In this document: positions 1 to 9,386 of the stretch, one piece after another
How positions within the stretch are numbered: position 1 is the stretch's first letter
How the letters are laid out: each line of letters opens with the position of its first letter
The notes under the pieces: generated by a model
What the model was told of the DNA's origin: nothing
Databases searched by the model: none
What the model saw: only the letters and a program-made list of their open reading frames with translations
Position numbers and translations under genes: made by a program
DNA from: an uncultured archaeon
GTDB taxonomy: Archaea > Iainarchaeota > Iainarchaeia > Iainarchaeales > 0-14-0-20-30-16
Direction: 5' to 3'
NCBI GenBank assembly: GCA_964565725.1
Contig: CAZMGA010000006.1
Span: forward strand, 2,010-34,009
DNA: 32,000 nt

Positions 1-31
1 TATAACAGTACAATTTTTTTTATTTTTTTTA

Positions 32-580
32 ATGATAGGTATACCATTTTGGGCTGAATATTATTTATTTTTAAAAAATAAAAAGAAAAAAATATTTAGT
101 AAAAAACAAATCATTCTTTTTTTAAATAATTTTATTGAAAAATATAACTTTAAAAATTTTAATTTTAAAATTTTTTTGAATGCTATTTTTATTGGTTTAA
201 TATTGTTTTTAATTAATGTATTATTTTCTACTTTTGCATATTATTTACCAATAGGGGATTTAGAAAACATATCTAATAATTTATTTAATGATTTTTTAAT
301 TAATCCTTTATTAATGATTTTATATTTATTTATTTTGGCATTTGCTGAAGAATTTTTCTTTAGATTATTTTTAACAACTTATTCTGGTATTTGGATATCT
401 TCTTTAATTTTTGCTTTATTACATTTTTCATATAATTCTTTTTTTGAAATTATTGGTGCTTTTATATTAGGTTTAATATTAGCAAAAACTTGGAAAAAAA
501 CAAATAATTTTTATGTTGTTTGGATAGCCCATTTTTTACAAAACTTGTTAGTTATTATATGTTTTTTTATTTTTAAATAG
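32..580 (+). CDS. CPBP-family intramembrane (Abi-type) protease
   Basis: Multi-TM protein with the EExxxR motif (AFAEEFFFRLF), FALLHFSYN and a C-terminal VVWIAHFLQN, as in CPBP proteases. Confidence 0.85.
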   Translation: MIGIPFWAEYYLFLKNKKKKIFSKKQIILFLNNFIEKYNFKNFNFKIFLNAIFIGLILFLINVLFSTFAYYLPIGDLENISNNLFNDFLINPLLMILYLFILAFAEEFFFRLFLTTYSGIWISSLIFALLHFSYNSFFEIIGAFILGLILAKTWKKTNNFYVVWIAHFLQNLLVIICFFIFK

Positions 581-774
581 TATATTATAAAAATTATCTT
601 AATTCTGAAAAATCTTTGCTTTTTTTACTTTTTAAATTCTTAGGCAAAGTATTTAAAATTCTTTGAGAATTATTTTTATAATTTTTTTTTGAAACAATTT
701 CATGTTTTGTAAACATACCATAATAAGAAAAAAAAGTTTATATATTATTATCTTTTCAGAATGAAAAGATTAAA

Positions 775-1128
775 TTATAATTTAATCATTTTCAAATCTT
801 TAATAACAGGTATTTCCCATTTTTCTTTTTGTGTTGCTTTTACTATTGATACTATAATTACAACTACGAAAAAACACCATATTATTGCAAATATAATTCC
901 AAAAATTCCAAAAGTTAGTTTTGTTAATATAGCACTTATAAAAGACAAAATTATTTCTAATAAAAATAGATTTAGTCCTTGTTCTAAATGGAATTTAATA
1001 AATTCTGTTTTTTCTTTATTTGATATTATTAATAAAGGAATTAACACTAAAAAACCTAAATAGGATAAAATTGCAGTCATAAGTTCATTATTGCTTAATT
1101 CTTTTGATTCATTTTTTTTAGTAACCAT
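775..1128 (-). CDS. Small membrane protein, DUF4870/Tic20-like
   Basis: Pattern 'AILSYLGFLVLIPLLIISNKEKTEFIKFHLEQGLNLFLLEI' is typical of DUF4870-like proteins. Confidence 0.65.
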   Translation of the reverse strand: MVTKKNESKELSNNELMTAILSYLGFLVLIPLLIISNKEKTEFIKFHLEQGLNLFLLEIILSFISAILTKLTFGIFGIIFAIIWCFFVVVIIVSIVKATQKEKWEIPVIKDLKMIKL

Positions 1129-1227
1129 AAATATACCTCTTAAAATATTAATATAATATTTAAAAGATATTTAAATATCTTTTGTTTTTATATTTGTATA
1201 ATTTATTCTTTAATTTTATGTGATAAT

Positions 1228-2214
1228 ATGAAATATATTTTAGGTATAGAAAGTACAGCACATACTTTTGGTATAGGTATTGTAAATGATAAAAAAGAAA
1301 TTTTAGCAAATATTAGAGATACTTTGACTGTAGAACAAGGTGGTTTTTTACCGAGAGATGCTGCTGAACATCATTATAATTTGGCAGTTAGTTTATTAGA
1401 AAAAGCTTTGGATACTGCAAAAATTAAATTAAAGGATATATCTTTAATTTCTTTTTCTCAAAGCCCTGGAATTGGACAATGTTTACAAGTAGGTGCAAAT
1501 TTTGCAAGATATTTATCATTAATTACAAATAAGCCAATTATAGGTGTAAATCACTGTTTAGCCCATATAGAAATAGGTAAAATAACTACTGATTTAAAAG
1601 ATCCTTTAACTATTTTTGTTTCTGGCGCAAATACTCAAATAATTGCTTACAAAAATAAGAAATACAGAATTTATGGTGAAACTTTAGATATTGGTTTAGG
1701 AAATGCTTTAGATCAGTTTGGTAGAGCATTAAATATTGGTTTTCCGGCAGGTCCTGTTTTAGATAAAAAATATTTTTTAGGTGAAAATTATATTGATTTG
1801 CCTTATACTGTAAAAGGTATGGATTTGGCTTTTTGTGGAATTTTAACTTCTGCAAAATTAAAAATTGGAAAAGTAAATGAAAATGATTTAATATTTAGTT
1901 ATTTGCATACTTTGTATTCTATGCTTTTGGAAGTTGTAGAAAGAGCTGTATATTATGCCAAAAAAAAAGAAATAATGGTTGTTGGAGGAGTTGCAGCATC
2001 AAAAGCATTAAGACAAATGTTAGAATCTCTAGTTGAACAGAGAAATTTAAAATTAGGTTTTGTGCCTTTAGAGTTTGCTGGTGATAATGGCGCAATGATT
2101 GCTTGGCAAGGTTATTTACAATATTATAAAGCTAATGAAAGATTAGAATATGCTGATTTGAAAGTAGACCCTTACAAAAGATTAGATTCAATTAAAATTA
2201 ATTATATAAAATAG
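1228..2214 (+). CDS. kae1: KEOPS complex tRNA N6-threonylcarbamoyladenosine synthase Kae1 (TsaD family)
   Basis: ILGIESTAHTFGIGIV, INHCLAHIE-type metal-binding motif (GVNHCLAHIEIG), VVGGVAASKALR and GDNGAMIAW; no Bud32 fusion. Confidence 0.96.
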   Translation: MKYILGIESTAHTFGIGIVNDKKEILANIRDTLTVEQGGFLPRDAAEHHYNLAVSLLEKALDTAKIKLKDISLISFSQSPGIGQCLQVGANFARYLSLITNKPIIGVNHCLAHIEIGKITTDLKDPLTIFVSGANTQIIAYKNKKYRIYGETLDIGLGNALDQFGRALNIGFPAGPVLDKKYFLGENYIDLPYTVKGMDLAFCGILTSAKLKIGKVNENDLIFSYLHTLYSMLLEVVERAVYYAKKKEIMVVGGVAASKALRQMLESLVEQRNLKLGFVPLEFAGDNGAMIAWQGYLQYYKANERLEYADLKVDPYKRLDSIKINYIK

Positions 2215-2739
2215 CATATTCTTTTTTGTTTTTCTTTTTTATTTCTGATTTTGTTAAACCATCTAATTCGTGAGGAAATACTAGCCATGCTTTTGTTTTA
2301 TGTAAATAAAAATCTGGACTTATATTTGTTATATTTTTGCTAGGTTTGTAATAAATTGTAGCTATTTTTAAATTAGGATTTTTTTTAGATTCTTTAATTT
2401 TATTAACTATTACATTTAATGTTTTTCCAGAATCAAAAATATCATCAACAATTAATAATTTTGTTTTAGAATTTAATTTTTTTATTAAATCTGGAAATTC
2501 CTCTATTTTTATTTTAGTTTGATTATTTATACCTCTGTATGATTCTGTTCTTATTGCTTTATGAAATTTTATATCTTTTCCTGCATATCTAAATAACTCG
2601 TGAATTACTATTCCTACAGGTGTACCTCCTCTTCACAAAGCAATTAAGATATCTGGAACATAATTAGAATCTAATATTTTTTTGCTAATTTTAAAGATTT
2701 TAAATATAAATTATTTGCACTAATAAATTTTTTTTCCAT
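2202..2739 (-). pseudogene. Phosphoribosyltransferase, interrupted by a frameshift and an in-frame TGA
   Basis: Manual reverse-strand translation: MEKKFISANNLYLKSLKLAKK(frameshift)ILDSNYVPDILIAL(TGA)RGGTPVGIVIHELFRYAGKDIKFHKAIRTESYRGI...TKLLIVDDIFDSGKTLNVIVNKI...KAWLVFPHEL. PRPP-binding motif LLIVDDIFDSGKT is present. Confidence 0.85.
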
Positions 2740-2789
2740 ATATTATATACATCTTATTTATTAATATTTTTGTTGTTATTATTATTTAT

Positions 2790-3350
2790 ATGCCTTCAAA
2801 AACGCCTACAAGTGTTAAAAAACCAAGAGTTAAAAATCCTAACACTACTTTAAAAAGAACTGTAGGAAAAATGACTCCTGAAAGATTAAGAGAATTAGAA
2901 AAAATTGTTTCACTAGAAAAAGCTAAAAGACAAATAAGAAAACAAAAAAGAGTTGAGTTTTTAGAATCTTTAAAAAAAGGAAATACTACTTTAACTCCTG
3001 ATCAAATATCTGAACTGGAAATGTTAGAAAAGGAAGAAGATATATCTTCTGGAAGATATAATGAAAGAAGAAAATCTAGAACTCCACCAAAGACTTCTGA
3101 AACTTTAACAATAGATCATTTAAGAGTAATAATGCAAGAAAAGTTAAAAGAATTTGATTTAGAATTTCAAAAACATTCTAATTTAACATCTGTAGAAAAA
3201 GCAAATTTTGCTTTTGATAAAATTTTACAATTAGAAGGGGTTGAAAGATTTTTATCTAATTATCCTGGTCAAGAAGGTATGTTAAAAAAATATATTTTAG
3301 TATTTGTAAAAAAACATTATAATTTAGAAATAGAAAAAAATTACGGATGA
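2790..3350 (+). CDS. Hypothetical basic, Thr/Lys/Arg-rich N-terminal protein with helical C-terminal region
   Basis: Long ORF with ATG start; stop is TGA, followed 3 codons later by TAA in frame. No family recognised. Confidence 0.6.
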   Translation: MPSKTPTSVKKPRVKNPNTTLKRTVGKMTPERLRELEKIVSLEKAKRQIRKQKRVEFLESLKKGNTTLTPDQISELEMLEKEEDISSGRYNERRKSRTPPKTSETLTIDHLRVIMQEKLKEFDLEFQKHSNLTSVEKANFAFDKILQLEGVERFLSNYPGQEGMLKKYILVFVKKHYNLEIEKNYG

Positions 3351-3359
3351 GTGATTTAA

Positions 3360-3809
3360 ATGCCAACTATGCAACCAAGAATTTCTTCAAGTAATAGTAG
3401 AGGTACTAGAACTACTAAAACTTTACATGATGCAAGAAGTGATAGAAGTAAAAGTGCAATTGAAAAAATAAGGAAAAGAAAATCTACAAAAGCAAAAACT
3501 CCTGAGGAATTAAAAAGAGAAAAAGAAATTGAAAGAGCAGTTAAAAAATTTAAATTAGATTTAGATAAAAAAGAAAAAAGATTACTTTCAGAATGGAAAA
3601 AATTAACTGAAAATAAAACTTTTTTGGATTATGTTAAACAATCAATGGAAGATAGCACAACATTAACATATAATTTAACAAAAAGATTAATTAATGAAGA
3701 TTTTAAAGTAATTTTTGAAGGTTTGCCTCTTAAAATTAAAAGAGATTTTTCTAATAAATTATCTAATTTAATATATAATTTTATCAATAATTATAGGAAT
3801 TCTTTATAA
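3360..3809 (+). CDS. Hypothetical basic coiled-coil protein, similar in architecture to the preceding gene
   Basis: ORF directly follows 2790-3350. Low-complexity Ser/Thr/Arg N-terminus, then helical Lys/Glu-rich region. Confidence 0.6.
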   Translation: MPTMQPRISSSNSRGTRTTKTLHDARSDRSKSAIEKIRKRKSTKAKTPEELKREKEIERAVKKFKLDLDKKEKRLLSEWKKLTENKTFLDYVKQSMEDSTTLTYNLTKRLINEDFKVIFEGLPLKIKRDFSNKLSNLIYNFINNYRNSL

Positions 3810-3878
3810 TTAGATATATTTATATGCTTTATTACTTTATTTTATAAATTAAATAATATTTAAATTGAAGGTGATTTA

Positions 3879-4244
3879 ATGGTAGGTATATTTGAAGTAG
3901 AAACAATAGAATCAAAATGGGTACCTCCTTTTGATAAAAAAATATTGTCAAATATTTATTATGTAAATGAAAATGATTTATTTGATGTTGAAGAACATAT
4001 AAATGAAGATGTTTTTGGAGTTGAAAGTTTAAATTCTGATGTGGCTATAATAAAATTTGATAGAAGATTTATTGTAAAAAAAGGAATTTATTCATCAAAT
4101 ATGGATATGGTTGGACCTCAAACTATAAAATTACATTTAGGTAAACCTGTAGAATTAAGTTTTATGTGGGGTAGTTTTGGAATAACTAAAAAAATTACTT
4201 ATCAAGGTATAGGTAAAGACCAAAATTCAGACAAAAGTGAATAA
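3879..4244 (+). CDS. Hypothetical protein
   Basis: 121-aa ORF preceded by a GGTGAT ribosome-binding site; immediately abuts pth2. Confidence 0.65.
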   Translation: MVGIFEVETIESKWVPPFDKKILSNIYYVNENDLFDVEEHINEDVFGVESLNSDVAIIKFDRRFIVKKGIYSSNMDMVGPQTIKLHLGKPVELSFMWGSFGITKKITYQGIGKDQNSDKSE

Positions 4245-4592
4245 ATGGAATATAAACAAGCAATAATTATTAGACATGATTTGGGTATGCAAAAAGGGAA
4301 AATAGCTGCCCAAGCATCTCACGCTTCTTTAAGTGCATATTTAGAAGCTTTAAGAATTAGTCCAAAGGTAGTTGAAGATTGGATATCATATCAAAAAAAA
4401 GTAGTTCTTAAAGTTGAAAATGAAAAACAAATTTTAGATTTATTTATGCAAGTAAAAAAAATATTACCTTGCGCTTTAATAAAGGATGCTGGTAGAACAC
4501 AAGTAGAACCAGGAAGTATTACTGCTTTAGGTATTGGGCCAGCATTAGAATGTGAAATTGATAAATATACTAAAGATTTGAAATTATTGTGA
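4245..4592 (+). CDS. pth2: Archaeal/eukaryotic-type peptidyl-tRNA hydrolase Pth2
   Basis: [65 protein letters not shown]. Confidence 0.96.
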   Translation: MEYKQAIIIRHDLGMQKGKIAAQASHASLSAYLEALRISPKVVEDWISYQKKVVLKVENEKQILDLFMQVKKILPCALIKDAGRTQVEPGSITALGIGPALECEIDKYTKDLKLL

Positions 4593-4596
4593 GAAT

Positions 4597-5250
4597 ATGA
4601 ATTTTTATAATAGGCATAAGATTTATTTTATTTTAATTATAAGTTTACTTTGTATAATTCCTATATTAATATTATACTTTTCTTTTATGTCACCAGGATT
4701 AAATATTGAAAGTAATTTAAATTTAGATGTTGTACCTAATTTAGATATTAATTTAGAAAATAATTCAAGTCATATTATAGAAAATATAACTATTTTAATA
4801 AATAATAAATTAGTGAATAAAATTGATGTTTTATATCCCAATGATAAAAACAATTATAATTATTTGATTAACGAAGATAATATAGTTTTAACTATTTATT
4901 CTAAACAACATAGAGTTTATTCTAGAGAGTATAAGTTAAATAAATCACAATTAAATCAAAATATTTTAGAATATTCTCCAACATATTTTTTTAATAAAAT
5001 AAATAAAGTTTCGGATTTTAATTTAGAAATTTGTAATAGTTATAATTCAGAAAATTATGTTGTAGAAATCATTACAGATGGAGAATTAATTTCAAAAAAT
5101 GCTAAAAAAGAAGTAAATATTAATAAAGATGAATGTATTAATTTAGAATATAACATAATATTTAATACACAGGGTTCAAAAAAAATTAAATTTAAAATTT
5201 ATAATGATGTTTATGTTAAAGAATTATTAATAAGTGGAAATGTTAATTAG
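4597..5250 (+). CDS. Secreted/membrane-anchored protein, one N-terminal TM
   Basis: Hydrophobic segment IYFILIISLLCIIPILILYFSF followed by a beta-rich extracellular-looking region. Confidence 0.65.
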   Translation: MNFYNRHKIYFILIISLLCIIPILILYFSFMSPGLNIESNLNLDVVPNLDINLENNSSHIIENITILINNKLVNKIDVLYPNDKNNYNYLINEDNIVLTIYSKQHRVYSREYKLNKSQLNQNILEYSPTYFFNKINKVSDFNLEICNSYNSENYVVEIITDGELISKNAKKEVNINKDECINLEYNIIFNTQGSKKIKFKIYNDVYVKELLISGNVN

Positions 5251-5258
5251 TGATATTT

Positions 5259-5882
5259 ATGGATGATAAGCAAAAAAGTATTGTTACAATAATTCAAAAT
5301 ATGTTATCTCAAGGTGAAAATGCAGATAATATATTATTAAATTTAAAACAAATGGGTGTTCCTGAAGATCAAGCAAAAACATTATTAATGATTGCTCAAA
5401 CAAATACTTTGGCTGTTTTAAAAGGGGAAGTTAAAAATATTGTTTCTGAAGAATTTGATGAAAAATATCCTAACTTTGAAGAAAAGTTAAAAGAAAACAT
5501 TAATGATAAAGTAAATAAAACAGAAACTATTATTAAAAAAGAAGTATTTGAAACATTAAATAATAAAACTAAAGAATTTCAAACAGAACAACAAAAATAT
5601 GTTGATAAAATAGTTAATGTGTCTGTTCAACAAGATTCAAAAATACAACAAATTCAAAATAAATTAAATGAATTAGGTTCTAATTATGATAAATTAGCAA
5701 TAGGTTCCACAAAATCATTTTTTTATTTAAGAATTGCATCTTTTTGTATAGGTATAATAATTGCTATATTTTTAATATATAAATTATTTACTTTAGTACC
5801 AGGTTATTCAATAGATTACTTATTATTCTACATAATAGCTGGTTTAATTGCAACTATATTAATAGTATTAGGATTAATGTAA
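5259..5882 (+). CDS. Coiled-coil protein with two C-terminal TM segments
   Basis: ORF track starts at GTG 5250, but ATG 5259 (MDDKQKSIV) is more plausible. Coiled-coil KTKEFQTEQQKYVDKIVNVSVQQDSKIQQIQNKLNEL, then two hydrophobic helices. Confidence 0.6.
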   Translation: MDDKQKSIVTIIQNMLSQGENADNILLNLKQMGVPEDQAKTLLMIAQTNTLAVLKGEVKNIVSEEFDEKYPNFEEKLKENINDKVNKTETIIKKEVFETLNNKTKEFQTEQQKYVDKIVNVSVQQDSKIQQIQNKLNELGSNYDKLAIGSTKSFFYLRIASFCIGIIIAIFLIYKLFTLVPGYSIDYLLFYIIAGLIATILIVLGLM

Positions 5883-5907
5883 AATTAAAAATAGGATATT
5901 TTTAATC

Positions 5908-6204
5908 CTATTTATATTTTTCAATTAATTCTCTAATTTTAGGTTCAGGATAAGCCCCAACAAACATATCTATAGGTTCTTTGTTTTTATAAAAAACTAC
6001 AGTAGGTATAGACATTACTCCTAAATTTTCAGCAATTTGTTGTTCTAGATCTACATTTATTTTAATTAATTTGATTTTATACTCATCACATAATTTTTGA
6101 AGTACTGGTCCTAATGCCTTACAAGGCCCACACCAATCAGCAAATAAGTCTACTATAATTAAACCAACTTTACTTTGTTCTATTACTTCTTTATCAAAAT
6201 CCAT
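5908..6204 (-). CDS. trx: Thioredoxin
   Basis: LFADWCGPCKALGPVLQKL, MSIPTVVFYKNKEPIDMFVGA. Confidence 0.95.
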   Translation of the reverse strand: MDFDKEVIEQSKVGLIIVDLFADWCGPCKALGPVLQKLCDEYKIKLIKINVDLEQQIAENLGVMSIPTVVFYKNKEPIDMFVGAYPEPKIRELIEKYK

Positions 6205-6296
6205 ATTTATCCCTCAATTTATTTTTTTATTATATTTTTATATTATTATATAAATATTTAATAACCCTTTTTATATTTTTGTGTTTGTTTATATTT

Positions 6297-8492
6297 ATGG
6301 ATGCTGAAAATAATAAAGATAATAATGATTATGCTGAAGATTATAAGGATTTAGATGATAATTTATCAGGCAATATTTATGATGATGAATCATTACCTAA
6401 GGATGAGGAATACAATCCTTTTATTAAAAAATTTGAATATTTTTTGAATTCTTATTATAAGAAAGAATTAGATTATCTAATTCAAGTTTATCCTTCAAAG
6501 AAAAGTTTATTAATTGATTTTGAATTAATAGAACAATATGACCCTAGTTTAGCTGATGAATTAATTGCAAATCCTGAATATATTATTGGAAATATTCATT
6601 CGGCCGCAAAAAATTATGAATCTATATTATTAGAAGAGAAAAAAGATTTTGATCCTGTTATAAGAATTAGTAATTTACCTAAAGATAAAAGAATTATGAT
6701 AAAACACATATCTTCAGATCATTTAGGTAAGTTTATTTGTGTTGAGGGTTTAGTAAAACAATTTACAACTGTATTGCCAAAATTAAAAAAAGCACATTTT
6801 ATTTGTCAAAAATGTGGATTTGAATTAAATTTACATCAAGAAAGTTTGGATTTAGTAAAACCAAAAATTTGCCCAGAGTGTAAACATAGAGTATTTACTT
6901 TGGATGAAATTAATAGTGAATTTATAGATTATCAAAAATTAGAAATACAAGATCTTTTAGAAAATCTAAGGGGTGGAGAACAAAGTAGTACTATTAATGT
7001 TTATGTTCAAGGTGATTTAGTAAATTCTTTCACTGCTGGAGAAAGATTAATTATTTCTGGAATATTAAAATTAAGAACTCCGCCAGAAGTAAAACAAACT
7101 GTTTTCAGTCAATATATTTTATCATCTAGTATTGAATCAAGTAAACAAGATTTTGAAACTATAGAAATAACTAAAGAAGATGAAGAAAAATTAAAAGAAT
7201 TATCAAATAATCCCGAGATTTATAACATGTTAGTAGATTCTATAGCTCCGCATATAAATGGGCATCAAGAAATAAAATTGGCTGTAGCTTTACAATTATT
7301 TGGAGGTGTTAGAAAAACTTTAGATAATCAATCAAAAATTAGAGGAAATTTACATATATTGTTAGTTGGTGATCCAGGTGTTGGAAAATCTCAAATTTTG
7401 AAAGCTGCTGAAAAAATCGCACCTAAAAGTATTTATATAGTTGGTAAAACTGCTTCTGGAGCAGGTCTTACTGCAACAGCTGTAAAAGATGAATTTGGAG
7501 AAGGTGGTTGGACACTAAAAGCAGGAGCATTAGTATTAGCAAATGGTGGATTTGCTATGGTAGATGAATTTGATAAAATGGATCCTGAAGATAGAAGTGC
7601 AATGCACGAAGCATTAGAACAAGAAACAGTATCTATTGCAAAAGCTGGAATGGTAACTTCTTTTAAAACAGAAACTTCTGTATTAGCTGCTGCAAACCCT
7701 AAATATGGTAGATTTGATTCTCATAAAGATGTGCCTTCACAAATAGATATTCCTCCAACATTAATGTCTAGATTTGATTTATTTTTTGTTTTGCAAGATA
7801 TTGTTGATAATGTAAAAGATAAAGAAACAATAGATTCTATTTTAAGAGCTCATAAAACTGGTGCTTTATTACAAAAACAAAAAGATTCACAGTTAAACGA
7901 AAGAGAAAAAACATCTTTAGATAAAATAAATATTATTTCTTCTTTAGATCAAGAGTTATTAAGAAAATATATTTCTTATGCAAGAACGAGAGTATTTCCT
8001 GTTTTAAGTGATGTGGGTTCAGAAATGCTTCAAAAGTTTTTTTTAAGTTTAAGACAAAAAAGTCAAGATGGAAGAGTAACTGTAACATATAGACAATTAG
8101 AAGCTTTAATTAGATTAGCAGAAGCTAGTGCAAGAGTAAGATTATCTGAAAAAGTTTTGGAAGAAGATATTGAAAGAGCTATTGGTTTATATAAAAAATC
8201 TATGGAACAAGTTGGAATGGATCCAGAAACAGGAGAAATGGATATTGATTTAATAACCAGCGGTAGAAGTCATAGTCAAAATCAAAGACATTTAAAAATA
8301 ATGGAAATAATAACTAAATTAAATGCAATAACTGATTATGAAAAAGGAGTACCTATGGATTTAATTTTAGAACATTGTGAATCAGAAGGCATAGATAAAT
8401 TAAAAGCAAAAGAAATTATAAGAAAATTAATTAATACTGGAGAGTTATATGAACCAAGAAACGGATTCATCAAAGTTCCAAATTCTACATAA
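6297..8492 (+). CDS. mcm: Replicative DNA helicase MCM
   Basis: HGHQEIKLAVALQLFGG, Walker A GDPGVGKSQIL, Walker B ANGGFAMVDEFDKM, arginine finger region MSRFDLFFV, Zn motif CQKC..CPEC. Start at ATG 6297 preferred over TTG 6279. Confidence 0.97.
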   Translation: MDAENNKDNNDYAEDYKDLDDNLSGNIYDDESLPKDEEYNPFIKKFEYFLNSYYKKELDYLIQVYPSKKSLLIDFELIEQYDPSLADELIANPEYIIGNIHSAAKNYESILLEEKKDFDPVIRISNLPKDKRIMIKHISSDHLGKFICVEGLVKQFTTVLPKLKKAHFICQKCGFELNLHQESLDLVKPKICPECKHRVFTLDEINSEFIDYQKLEIQDLLENLRGGEQSSTINVYVQGDLVNSFTAGERLIISGILKLRTPPEVKQTVFSQYILSSSIESSKQDFETIEITKEDEEKLKELSNNPEIYNMLVDSIAPHINGHQEIKLAVALQLFGGVRKTLDNQSKIRGNLHILLVGDPGVGKSQILKAAEKIAPKSIYIVGKTASGAGLTATAVKDEFGEGGWTLKAGALVLANGGFAMVDEFDKMDPEDRSAMHEALEQETVSIAKAGMVTSFKTETSVLAAANPKYGRFDSHKDVPSQIDIPPTLMSRFDLFFVLQDIVDNVKDKETIDSILRAHKTGALLQKQKDSQLNEREKTSLDKINIISSLDQELLRKYISYARTRVFPVLSDVGSEMLQKFFLSLRQKSQDGRVTVTYRQLEALIRLAEASARVRLSEKVLEEDIERAIGLYKKSMEQVGMDPETGEMDIDLITSGRSHSQNQRHLKIMEIITKLNAITDYEKGVPMDLILEHCESEGIDKLKAKEIIRKLINTGELYEPRNGFIKVPNST

Positions 8493-8511
8493 AGTTAATA
8501 TAAAATATAAA

Positions 8512-9381
8512 ATGCTTATTCAAGTTTTTTTATCATATGTATTAACTGCAATTATAGCTATATTTTTGGCAACTATATTTAAAATAAGTAATATTCCTAA
8601 GGATACTTTTGCAGAACCTAATAGTTTTATTAATACTTTAATTATTTTTGGAATTATAATTATTGAAACTATTATTATAATAATTTTAATTAAAATATTT
8701 AAGAAAATAAATTTTTTAAAAATTATAGATATTTTAGCAACTTTTTTTTCATTATTTGGAATATTAAGTCTTTTTATAAATAATTTAATAATTATTTTAG
8801 TTTTAACTTTGGGCTTAGTATTATTAAAAGAATTTTGGAATAATATGTGGTATAAAAATATAATGATTTTTTTAGTTGTTGGTTTTTTTAGTGCATATTT
8901 GGGTTATAGTTTAGGATTATTTCCTATAATGTTATTATTATTTTTAATAGGTATTTATGATTTTATTGCTGTGTTTAAAACTAAACACATGGTTTTTTTA
9001 GCAAATAAAATAACTCAAACAAATAATACTTTATTTATTATGGATTTTGGGAAATCAATTTCTAAAGTAAATCAAAATATTAAATCAAATAATGATATCA
9101 AAGAAAATAAAAAAGAAAATATTGAAAATTTAAAAAAAGGAGACAGAGAACATTTATTTTTAGGTACTGGGGATTTTGCCTTACCATTAATTGCAGTAGT
9201 ATCAATGTATTTAATTAATCCTATTTTAGGGATAATTGGCTTTTTAGCAGTATTGTTTGGTTTAGAATTAACTATTTGGTTATTATTTAACAAAAAGCAT
9301 TTAGCTTTACCAGCTATTCCTTTGCAAGTAGTATCTCTTTTAATAATTTATGGGGTATATTTATTAATAAATTTATTTTAG
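8512..9381 (+). CDS. Presenilin/signal peptide peptidase-like intramembrane aspartyl protease (family A22-like)
   Basis: Multi-TM protein with YD in GIYDFIAVF, GxGD in FLGTGDFALPL and a PAxP-like LALPAIPLQ near the C-terminus. ATG 8512 is likely the real start. Confidence 0.82.
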   Translation: MLIQVFLSYVLTAIIAIFLATIFKISNIPKDTFAEPNSFINTLIIFGIIIIETIIIIILIKIFKKINFLKIIDILATFFSLFGILSLFINNLIIILVLTLGLVLLKEFWNNMWYKNIMIFLVVGFFSAYLGYSLGLFPIMLLLFLIGIYDFIAVFKTKHMVFLANKITQTNNTLFIMDFGKSISKVNQNIKSNNDIKENKKENIENLKKGDREHLFLGTGDFALPLIAVVSMYLINPILGIIGFLAVLFGLELTIWLLFNKKHLALPAIPLQVVSLLIIYGVYLLINLF

Positions 9382-9386
9382 GTTTA

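Noticed and set aside
600-760. Possible small minus-strand gene (frame encoding ...SQRILNTLPKNLKSKKSKDFSELR*)
   Set aside because: Short, interrupted in its upstream part and not similar to anything I recognise; cannot be supported from this sequence alone.
761-1063. 100-aa plus-strand ORF opposite the DUF4870-like gene
   Set aside because: The minus-strand frame encodes a recognisable membrane protein; the plus-strand text is a shadow ORF.
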